A stretch of 64,000 nt of DNA, taken from Owenia fusiformis. Taxonomy: Eukaryota. How positions within the stretch are numbered: the first letter of the stretch is position 1; each line of letters begins with the position of its first letter. The position numbers and the translations under genes were made by a program. The notes beneath the pieces were generated by a model. That model had not been told where the DNA came from. It searched no databases and was given only the letters and a program-made list of their open reading frames with translations. This document shows, in pieces, positions 41,001-53,000 of the stretch. The stretch spans positions 30,380,001 through 30,444,000 of the forward strand of contig CAIIXF020000001.1 of the NCBI GenBank assembly GCA_903813345.2, given 5' to 3'.

Positions 41001-44000
41001 CTCAACCAGCAAGGCCATGATCTTGTCAAGGATGCATCAAGTGACCAGGCAAGCATCATTAAAGAGCCTCTTGTTGAGGTTAACAATAGGTGGCAGGAGC
41101 TGCAAGATGGAATTGCAGCCAGGAATTCCAAACTGCAGAATGCTCTATTGAGCTTGGGACAATTCCAGCATGCCCTTAATGAACTCCTTAACTGGCTATC
41201 AAGAGCTGAGAGTACATTGGATGACTATGAGCCTGTCTATGGAGACCCCAAAATAATAGAAATTGAGCTAGCTAAACATAAGGTACTCCAGAATGATGTC
41301 AACTCACATATCCCAAGCCTAGAACAAGTGAATGAAGCAGGCAGGGGTGTTATCACTGGGGAAGGTGGAGCTGTTGCAACACACACTCGAGAAAAACTGG
41401 ATGAAATGAACCTACGATGGGATGCAGTGTTGGCTCGCACACGTGATCGTCAGCTAGAGCTGGAAGGTTCACTCAGGGTTGCTATGGGTTTCCATGGAGA
41501 CCTACAGGATATGTTGTCAAGACTGAGTGACATTGATGGTCAATTAGTTACATCTAAGCCAGTTGGTGGTCTTCCTGAAACTGCAAGGGATCAACTAGAA
41601 CAATTCATGGTAAAATGTCATCTTCTTGAACTAGAATATAATCTCACTTCTATCTTCTTTTTTATAGCATAACTATGGTTTAAAAGGAAATTGAAAATGT
41701 TGATTAATAATTGATGATTAAAACTAATTCACTTGCTATTGTATTGTTATACTAATACACCATTGAGTGGTCTAATGTTTTGTTGACACATGGTAGTGAT
41801 TTGCCATTGAAATGTTATAGAATGTCTACAAAGAGCTAGATGAGTTAGAGCCTAGAGTGAATGCCTTACTGGAAGAGGGTGCACGATTGTTGGAACAGTC
41901 CACAGGTCCCGCCCACAACACCTTAAAACACAATCTGGAAACCCTGCGGCAGAGATGGACTAATATTAAAAATCGGGGAGATGATAGAAAGGTATAACAT
42001 TTTGTTAACATTGTATATAGTTTTTGATGATGAGAATATGATGCATAAATGTGTTATCCCATGAGACCAACAAAATATTTACTGCTTGAACCTATCTTTG
42101 ATTTCACCATATCGTTGTACTTTTACATCGTCACACCCTATGATAAAATGAGGATGTTAACGTACAGACACTGTACATTCACCATATTTTACTTGCAGAA
42201 CAAACTGGATGAGGCAGTTTCCCAGGCAGGCAAATTCCATGATGATCTCAATGCATTTATATCCTGGCTCACTGACACAGAGAAGACTATTAACAACCTG
42301 AAACCAGTCAGTCGTATAGTGGAGAGTGTGGGTGAGCAGATAGAAGAACACAAGGTAGGGAATCACCTATAACATTGATGACATTGCCATATTTGGAAGA
42401 TCCCTAATATGGTTTCACATCGAGTCTTAATAAAAAAAATTGCAAGACTACATGTAGCTATTGCTTCAAACCTAAAATAAGTACCATACTTATACTTCAT
42501 CAGATAAATGAGCACATGTCTATTTTTCATCTAATCCTTTGGTCATCTTGTCTTACTCTGCAGTTGCATTTTTGTTACACTGTGTAAGACGCTTAAATGA
42601 AATATGTCTATGAGTAAACTGGTAAAAATAATCCGTACAGTAGTTTGTTATATGTAAATGTTTCTGACTTACAGGATCTTCAGAAGGACATAAGTAGCAA
42701 CAGAGAGACAATGATCCAACTGGAGAAGACTGGTACACATCTGAAATACTTCAGTCAGAAACAAGATGTTATTCTCATTAAAAATCTGTTAGTCAGTGTG
42801 CAGAGTCGCTGGGAGAAGGTTGTCTCCAGGTGTGCAGATCGTACACGCTCTCTGGACACAGGCTACAAGGAAGCCAAACAGTTTTATGACTCGTGGAAAG
42901 ATCTCTGTGATTGGATGGTTGAGAATTCAGACAATGTAGAAGGTGACCCCACTGTCGGGAATGACCCCGAGAAGATCAAAGCACAATTAATGCAACATCG
43001 AGAATTCCAACGTGCACTCGGGTCAAAACAACCTTCATATGACACTTGTAACCGTTTAGGACGGGCTTTGAAGGAGAAGTGCCCAAGGCACGAAGCACCA
43101 TTTATCCAACAAATGCTCAATGAACTGAAGACCAAATGGAACACTATATGTGGAAGGTCTGTTGACAGACAGAGGAAGCTAGAAGAAGCTTTGTTGTTCA
43201 GTGGTCAGTTCAAGGATGCTCTACAAGCTCTATTGGACTGGTTATATAAGGTGGAGCCAACTCTTGGAGATGATCAGCTAGTCAATGGTGATCTTGATAC
43301 TGTCAGTCGCCTGGTAGACGACCATAAGGTTAGTTATCACACACATAAAGCACAAAAGATTTCATACAGTTCATTTGGTAAAATCAATATGGAACTCTTG
43401 CATCATCTCACCATATATTACAGTATTTTATGTACATATGTTTTGTTTTTGACAACTGCAAACTTACAAGATATAAATCCTGATGTCCCCATTGCAGGTG
43501 TTTGAGAGTGAGCTAGAAAAGCGTGCAATCAGTGTGTCCACAGTGAGTAAGGCAGCCAAGGAGCTGATGGAGAAGGCTGATGAAGACACTGGCCATCTGG
43601 AGACCCAGCTCATTGAACTAACAACCATCTATGATAAGGTTTCTAAACTCAGTGGAGACAAAAAGGCTCGTCTTGAAGAGGCTGAAAAGAAGGTGAGTGA
43701 ACCATGTCTGTTGAATGAAACAGTGTGACATTTGTAATTCTGTTAAAATCGATCATGAATTTTCTTAAGCTATTACATGGAATGACCCTGTGTACATTTT
43801 ATTATCTATGTGTGTACAGTATAACGAATTGGAAATCTTATTTAAGGGAATCTTACCTGAATGATTTTGTAATCAGAAACATCGTTTTCACTCTAGGCTG
43901 AGAATTTCCACAAGAAGAGCCACAAGTTAATGGAATGGATGGCAGACACTGAGATGAAGTTGAGATACCAACAAGAAATACCGGACTCACCACGGGAATT

Positions 44001-47000
44001 GCAGGAAATGTTAGAAGACCATAAGGTACGAGCTTTAATAAAACAAAATTGGGAGCCGAAAGCTGCTATAATATAACAACATTAAATTAGACAACTTCAG
44101 TACATTTATTTGTTATGATTTGTATAGTGAAATTGAGGGCATGATAAATTTTAATATGAAAGTCTTCATGATATATTTGTTGTTGTTACAAGACATGAAT
44201 CTAGTTTAAAATGTTGGTTTAAAATTTCATAAAGTTTTAGTGTGTTACCTTCCTTTAATATTGCCCCTTGCACTTTTTGATATAAACTTCCTGTATGTTT
44301 CAGAATCTCTTAGCTGAGATTAGCAAGCAAGAGTCTAATCTGAATGAGTCTATGCAGCTTGGCCAGGACATCCTAAAGCAGTGCCATCCTGATGCTGTAC
44401 CTATAGTGAAACATTGGCTCACTATACTCCAAGCCAGATGGGAAGAGGTAGACATATTAGAAAATATTTATTGTGTTCTTTTTTTAAAGTTGTTTTGTAC
44501 CTCAAGTACCTTTAAGCTCATAGCTCATGGAACTCACGTACACTGTATATAACCTGACTTCATCTTTTCTATGGCCTTTTCTGATTTGCACTTTTTTCTA
44601 CAATTGATGATCGTGTATGTTACAGGTGCAATAATTTTGGAACTTTGCATGTCAAAATTATGTAAAATTAAAATGAAGAATAAATGATAATGTCTATTGA
44701 GCTGCTGATAATGTTCCTAAATCTATCTCGCAAAACCAAAATGATTTATTATTTTTTTATTTAGATTATGGACCGAGCCACTCAGAAAGAGCACAGACTG
44801 ATAGATGCCCTGAATGAGATGAGAGGCAATGAAGAGCTCTTGGAGCAGATGTTGGCCTGGCTCACTGGGGCTCAGGCCACTCTACAGGCAGCTGATGAAC
44901 AACCCATGCCTGAGGATGTGCAAGTTATTGAACAACTCCTTGGAGAACATGCTGTAAGTGTGCAAAATCAACATGTTTCACTTTTATCTCTAATACAAAA
45001 GTATTATAAAGATGGCTATAGTATGTCTTATTCTGCTTATAATTTACTTCATTCTAAAATGGGAGAGTGCTACAATTATAAATCTTGATATTTAAAAATG
45101 AATTTGCCATCTTTTAATGTTTTTAATTATTACGTTTTGTTGTAGGAATTCCAAAATGAGATGTCAACACGTCATCCTGATGTTGAACGGCTCACCAAAA
45201 CTGGTAAACGCCGCGCATCAGTGGACTCTAGATCTCAGACCCCCATACTACACAGTGGGAGGAGAACCCCACAGAGAGGACTGGGGATCAAGAGGTGGGG
45301 CATGTTAAATATCAAATAAGAAGTTTCATGAATAAGATGTCATTTAAAAATCATGGTACATTTAAATGATTGAGATGTATTATGAATTTCAACATTAGTG
45401 GGAGGCTAGTGGGATGAGCAATGAAGTTTAGAAGTTTTCATAAACAGATTCTTGATGACTTCAACATTCTTTCCTATTAATTTGTGTGATAATTGATTTT
45501 CATGTCCTTGTATTTTCATAACTGTTGTTAGTGTTTGTTAATCATTGAATGTTTCTTATTTCAGTCGAGGTGATGGAGCTAGGACCCCAGAACCCCAGTT
45601 CAAGAACCCAAGGATAAGTGGTCTGTTTAACAAGTGGCGCCAGGTGTGGCTAATGGCTATGGACAGACAGAGGAAGCTTCAAGATGCAATGGAATATCTC
45701 AATGAGGTTAGTCACTGTGCTTCACTTGCTTTCTTTGTGACAGTGTTCAGTGAATCATTCACTTTTGATTGAAATTGGTAATGGAGTGTTGTCATCAGGA
45801 TAGTGAGCTAATCAACTACTATAGAAAGTGATTTATTGATCAATGGTGAATTACTACTTACTGTGGATCTAATCAAAGATCCATTGTTATTGTAGGTTGA
45901 TGTTCCCTAGATGAACTGTTAGTTGCTCCATGTATTCTAATTTAACACTCCTTTGGTCCCAATTAATGACTCCATTAAGAGTGCATGATTATACTTGATT
46001 AAATTCTTTCTCCAATTAATTGCATGGACATGAGGAAATTTATTGACCTCAATGGGTTACATGTAACATTTTAATCATCCTTACCTTTAATTAGGATACA
46101 CTATAGTTGTACATTGTCACTTGTAATGTAGATTGGAATTAGCAAAAATGAGTGGATAAGAAATGAAAACGTAGTATCTTATCCCATAACCCTCATGTTA
46201 ATTGGCCATTCATAATGTAAATAAACACTGTAATGGATTGATATGAGGTTAATACTCTAAATTATGAGAACATTCAATTAATTAGAGTGCTCATAGAATC
46301 CTTGAAGAATGCAAATAAGGTTAGGTAAGTAATATACACAAGAGGACAATTTATTACAATTGCTTCAAATTAGTGATCCTCTTATGTTCCCTTGTATGAA
46401 GATATATAACTACACATATAAATATTTAATGATTTAACAAGATTTTTTTCAATAACCATTTTTTACAGGTTGAAAAAATGAAACATTTTGACTTTGATGA
46501 CTGGCGAAAGAAATACATGACCTGGATGAACCACAACAAAAGTCGCGTCATGGACTTCTTTAGACGGCAAGACAAGGACCATGATGGCAAGATCACGCGT
46601 CAAGAATTTATTGATGGGATATTAGCATCAAGTAAGGAAAATCTTTTGAGATTTTAAGATTTTGATTTTAACCCGTGTGACAATAACCAGTGTGTCACTT
46701 AATACACAGAATGGATATAAACGTGAATACTAATGTTTCCTACATTAGATAATTCTTAGTTTTATTCATTATTTCTATTATAGCCCTGTAGCCTGTAGTA
46801 TATGTAACTCTGATTAATACATGTAAATGAACTCATTTATGTATGAATGTCATTGGTCAAATTATTATATCTTTAACATTGTTTTGTAATTAATAACATT
46901 GAAAGCTTCCTAAATGCTTGAATGAGGGCAAAATTAATGTTGAATTCTCAACTCTGTAGGTCTCCGCTTCTTAGGAAGACGTAATGGTAAGATTGCAACC

Positions 47001-50000
47001 ACAGGTAGACTGACAGGAGAACATGGTCTCATTATCCATTTACTAAAGCATGTCAACTGGGCTCGAATATATTATAATGTGAAATCCTGGGGTGAAAAAT
47101 GTACAGGACTCAGCATCAATTCTTAAAATGAAAGAAATGATTGAATTGAAAATGACTTTTACGTCCTCATGTGAATTAAAAAATCAGTATATTAATACAT
47201 CATAAATGTTTTTTCCATGTATAATGGGACCATAAAATGCATTAATGTGCCACATTGTATTGTCTTTATTACTTTTACTTTGTTGTAACAGTATACATAT
47301 TAAAATCAAGATTTGGATGTTACAAGAGAAGCTATATTTATTACATAAGATTATATTTCAGCAAACTGTTGCCTGCTGACCAAGCAGTTTCAACAAAGCA
47401 GATTGGCTGATTTTGTATATGCTTTCTTTTAGTTAACTCAATGATTTGTTTGATAGATAACACTATTTTAACTAACATCTATTGTCTTATTCCTTGTATT
47501 GTGTCCATTGTTGTCCCGCTTTCATTATTTTTCATTTTGGTTGCAAAATGCATGTACAGTAAAACCTGTCCGATGGAATACCTCTCTGTAGGGAAAACCT
47601 ATGAACAAGGAATGCTTTTCAAAAGAACCAAATATTTTTCCATTGACTTACATGTTAACGGACCCTCTCTGTAGGGAAAACCTGTGAACAGGGAACAAGG
47701 AACACTATTTTGGGGCAAATTATGAAAATTCACCTGTGAAGAAGGAATATGGAATACTGGTGACACTGTATATTTTATTATTTTTCAGAGGTGTGAAAGT
47801 CTTAAGCCAATATCTGATTCTAAAAAACTTGGATTAATATGATTGAAATTAAGATAAGCCAATTGTTTACAGAATGTAGCATCCCACCCACTGTTAATTA
47901 CCCCGATATATTTTAAAACTAATACTAATCCGTTTGTTACTTATTATCATGACACTAATTCTTCCTTTCAACAAACCTAATTACATCAAATCAGGCGTGA
48001 TAATCTAGGGACACAATTGTTTAATGGAGATAACATATAAGTATGTGTGTCATGTTGAGCCAAATCTCTTTAAATCTTTTACTGATCCAAACTTCTAGAT
48101 TATCAATAATATAAAATGGGGTTGATCAAACTTGAAATTCAGTTCTTAGCAACAAATCTCTACACATCATATCAATATTTACATCAACTAGACATCATCA
48201 GACGCCAGCAGCAGCAGCAGCAGCAGCTAAAATCAACATAGAGGGAGGTGGGAGACCTTCATACATCTTCAAAGGTGTCACAACAAAGTCTAGCAACCAA
48301 GTATGGAGTCTGCATTGATACAACCAATCAATGCCCATATATATACAACAAATATGCTTATTCGGCAAGTTTGAGTTTGCTGAAAGTGCGGCCCCTCTCT
48401 GTAGGGAAAACCTCTGAACAAGGAAACTTTCCTCCAGTCCCAAGAGCATTCCCTGTCCGCAGGTTTTACTGTAATATTATCAAAGCTTTATCATTATTCT
48501 TAATGCAGCATTTAACTCAATGTTTGCTGTACTCTTTTGTTTTATTCATGACAGCTGCATTGTTAAGGCATGTCGTTATTCACTTCATCTATTACATCCT
48601 CAGTGAGATGCATGATAATGAAAATTCATTGAGTTGAATATAAAGCCATCTGACAATTATTGCAGTAGTAAGCAGAAAACTGGATTTGTGTATTTTATTG
48701 TAGTTTCCTCCAGATCAGAAATGTGGTCAAATAAACACTTACTTCCCTATTGTTGCAAAATGTGTACATTTTACTATATTCAAGTGTATATCACAAATGT
48801 CCTTTATATGTCATGTGACCTTTCAACTGTGTGTTAACCTATGTGTTTAATGTTTGTAGTTTCTCGTACCTTACATGTACATTATCATAAAAAGCTATCA
48901 GCTAAAAAGTTGAAATGGTTCTACGATTCTGTTCCATATTTCAGAGTTCCCAACTTCAAGGCTTGAGATGGAGGCTGTTGCCGACATATTTGACCGTGAT
49001 GGTGATGGTTTTATAAACTACAAGGAGTTTGTAGGTGCCCTTAGACCTGACAGAGATGTGAGTACAAAAAGTTGATATATTTTCTGTCATATCTATCCCA
49101 TGCTTTTAACACACTGCATGAGTGCATGTTCATATTCCATTTTTTGAAAAAGATAATAATCTATTGTAAGCTATTACTTATAACATATGCCCTCCATCCA
49201 CACTAATTTTGTTCTAGCTATGCAGTTTTTATCATATTGATCATTTTTTAAATTATTAATTACTTTTGTCAACACAAAAGCTTATCCCTTTCCTAGAAAC
49301 CCACTATCACTGACAGATTGAATGCATAAGAGCTTTCTGTTTATTTTAGGTACGTAAGCCACAGACTGACCATGAGAAGATTGTAGATGAGGTCAGAAAG
49401 CGATGCTCTACATGTACCTGTCAGAAACAGTTCCGCATACACAAGATAGGAGAGGGAAAATACAGAGTAAGTATACCCACATTCACTTTTTTCACAAAGC
49501 ATATTGCTGGAACATCATGAATAATATACAACATACGAAATCACCATATAGAATTGAATCAGGACTGCAGTGTACTTGTAAAGTGTCTCACTAATTTGTT
49601 TTATCTCTAAAATTATTATGATTGTCATGCTTCAGTTTGGTGACTCACAAAAGCTCCGATTGGTGAGAATCCTGCGTAGCACTGTGATGGTGCGTGTCGG
49701 TGGAGGCTGGGTGGCCCTTGATGAGTTCCTCGTCAAGAATGACCCATGTAGAGGTAAATATCAACCCTTTTCTCTAATGTGCAATATTTTTTATTAATCT
49801 TTTCATGTTTTAAAATTAAAGGTCAGTTGGTATTTTATACAATCTTGTAAAGTTGTTGACTATTGTACATATTTTCTCAAGTGGCAACCTGTAGAAGACA
49901 TCGCAGATTTCGATTTAAAAGACGATATTTTCCTACACGCATCCCGATGTACACTCGTATACATCCGATGTTCACTCGTCTACATCGCTGTAGTAGGTTC

Positions 50001-53000
50001 ACAAATCAGATCTAAGAATGCTGTTTGAAATTAACAGATGGTGAAAAGTTGACTTTGCCAGTTTGTGTTCATACTAATAATGTGTTCTGCATGTATGATT
50101 TACATGTAGTGATATTGAAATTCCTGATATGAACATAAACAAGAAATACCGTTGGTGCATTATGGCATTGGTTTTACAAAAGATATTTTGTGCATAATGA
50201 TTTGTAGAAAGCCCCTGTGCAACTGGGAAATAAGAAATGTCCTTGTTGTACCTGTTGAAATGCCCCCTTAGATGGGCATGAATTTATACAGTATTTGGCT
50301 GTATTTTTACTATTAGTTTAGTAATAAAAGTATAGAGACAGAAGTAAAGGCATGTGTTTGACAAATCATTTTGCTAATCATGATCATTTTCTCTTTCCCT
50401 CTCCATTTTGTTTTGGCCCACTTGCTCCACCTATCTAGCGGGATTCACACCATATTCGCTGGCACACATCCAGGAAACTCCAAATGTTTGGTTCAGTCGC
50501 AACACAGGACGTCATCATAGGCATTGCTGTATGTAACCCAACCTGGCTAGATAAGATATTGTCAACCTTTATTCTTGGTGTCCTGTTTGGTTGGTTCTTT
50601 TTGTACATGTACCCTATCAGCCCGATACTTCAGAACTTAGTTGCACAATAACTACATTTTCACAATTATATTTTGGAGATTTTGTATTTTATTTTATGTT
50701 GTTTTGGTGCTAGATGTTAGTGGGGATCTTGTGTTCACCCATAAATGGTATTTTTTCAATGGTTGGCATTTTTTTATTTCCAGTTTTAGAAGTTGTTTTT
50801 CTTTTGTAAGCAAATTAAAGATGTACTTATAGATAAATTGTTGTTTTTTGTTGTAAATGCTTTTCACTATGGTGGATTAATATTTCATGCTTAATTTGTA
50901 TGAATTATTTATTGCAATATGTTTCATACCATTTTTCAATCAAAATAAAAGCTATTAATTAGTTTATTACTTTCTGATTGGTGATAAAACATCTGTACAT
51001 ATATCATCTCATTATTAGTCAATCACTCTAAAAAGAGAATTTGTGAAAACAAGTGTGTATTGATTGCTCAGAACATCATTTCTTGATTAAACATTTGTAT
51101 AGTTGTGATTCCCCTATACCTGCATGTATCAGACTACTTAGACCAAGTACTACTTAGAACTAGTTTGGAATAATTGTCTCTGAGATATTTTGTGCTATAT
51201 TCTTTACCTACAATATACCCCTAACCTTTCATTTATTATATTGCTGTACTACATCATATTGAAGAAATACCTGTCTTTGTGTTTTGCCAAAAGTTTACCC
51301 GCACGATGAAACCATTTTTAGATATAGTCATACTGTTAGGTTGTACATGTGTGAGGTTGTACAAGTACATGTGTGAGGTTGTACAAGTACATGTGTGAAG
51401 TTGTACAAGTACATGTGTGAATTTGTATAAGTACATGTGTGAGGTTGTACAGGTACATGAATGTGACGAATTGAATTTGATAGTTGACAGTTATGCAATG
51501 TAATGCACCAGCTATAATTGTGCTGAGTCAAGATGCTTCGATACATCCATGTAATTCTGTTGTAATTTCTTACAAAGAATTTGAATGTAAATTATGCATG
51601 TTATTATTTTATTTTAGATGTTTTGATGTAAAACAATTGAATTGTGATTTAAAATGGATGATTGAAATACTTTAATAAAATAATTGGAGCTGGCCTAATA
51701 ATTTTGCTGTTTAATTTACATCATCACACCATAACCTACATGTAATAAATGAATTAGAGGAATAACTGGCTAAATGGTCAGGGCTCACGGTAAATCCAAA
51801 TGATTTGAAGCATAGTATATTTACTCTCACATACACCTTTGTTTTTCCAGCCAAGGGTCGCACCAACATAGAACTAAGAGAACAGTTCATCCTATCAGAC
51901 GGTGTGCAGGGTCAATCAATGGCAAGTTTCGTGTCTAAAGGTTCACCAGGGAGCTCAAAGTCTGGAGGTAGTCAAAGTGGATTTTCAGGAACTGCCTCCT
52001 GGAGCAGCAGGTCCCCCAGTACTGTCAGTGGACCTATCACTAAAGTAAGTTAATTAAAGACTGCAGTGTTATTAATTCCACACAAAGCTTGTAGTTTATT
52101 GGCTCATTGTTGTGTATATTAGACCGGGGGGTTCACTGTACAAAATTCGGCTGGGGTCCTAGGCTGAACCCTCAAATTTGGATGTGTTCCCATACACAAT
52201 ATTACAGAGCACTTACAACTTCAATTTTAAAACTAATGGAAAACATAAGAAACTTGCATACTGTAACTTTCATATTGGCCTAACATACATTAATCATACA
52301 CTTAAGTTTTATGTACATGTATATTTGAATATTTTTGCAGATTCGAGAAAAAACAACATATGGACAGCCATGGAGACAGCAACGTTCCATGCGAAGCCCC
52401 GATACAGAGGTGAACCAAATCATGTCCCGTGGTCTGATGAGTCCAACAGGCAGGAAGAGTCCTCGGGTATCCTCAGGATATGGTCAGTCATCTGGATATG
52501 GTCAATCGTCAGGATATGGTCAGTCGTCAGGATATGGCCATGCAAGAGATTGTGCTTTAAATAGCCCATGTAAGTCTATAGCCATGTTTTTGTGCATTGT
52601 TGAAGCAATAACCACGCACTTATGGGAGTACAAAGAGGATTTTATGATCATTTATATTGATCCATAACAGTTATGCTGATAAATCAGAGTTCTCATCTTT
52701 ACATTATCATCATAAATCTACCTTGAAGCTATAATGTAAAATCTATCTTTATCTTTAATTTTTACTTTCAGATTAATTTTGCAAATGAGCAGGTATTTGA
52801 ATTGCACCTGATTGAAATATCTTGTTAATTTACTCCAATTGATGGTTCATATTGTAAATGTGTCGTTCTATTCCAGTGAGTACAACCAGTGCTAGCAGTA
52901 GTCGACCAGGGAGTCGGCCTGGAAGTCGACCAAGCAGCAGAGCTAGCAGCATATCAGAGGAACCTGAGGTTTACACAACATTACAGTCTGAACGACGTAG

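Noticed and set aside
37997..43144. Several minus-strand ORFs of 60-163 aa
   Set aside because: Antisense to spectrin-repeat exons
49887..49999. CpG-rich patch with a ~20-bp duplication and aacct/aggtt ends
   Set aside because: Probably a transposon fragment, but too short to define TIR or TSD
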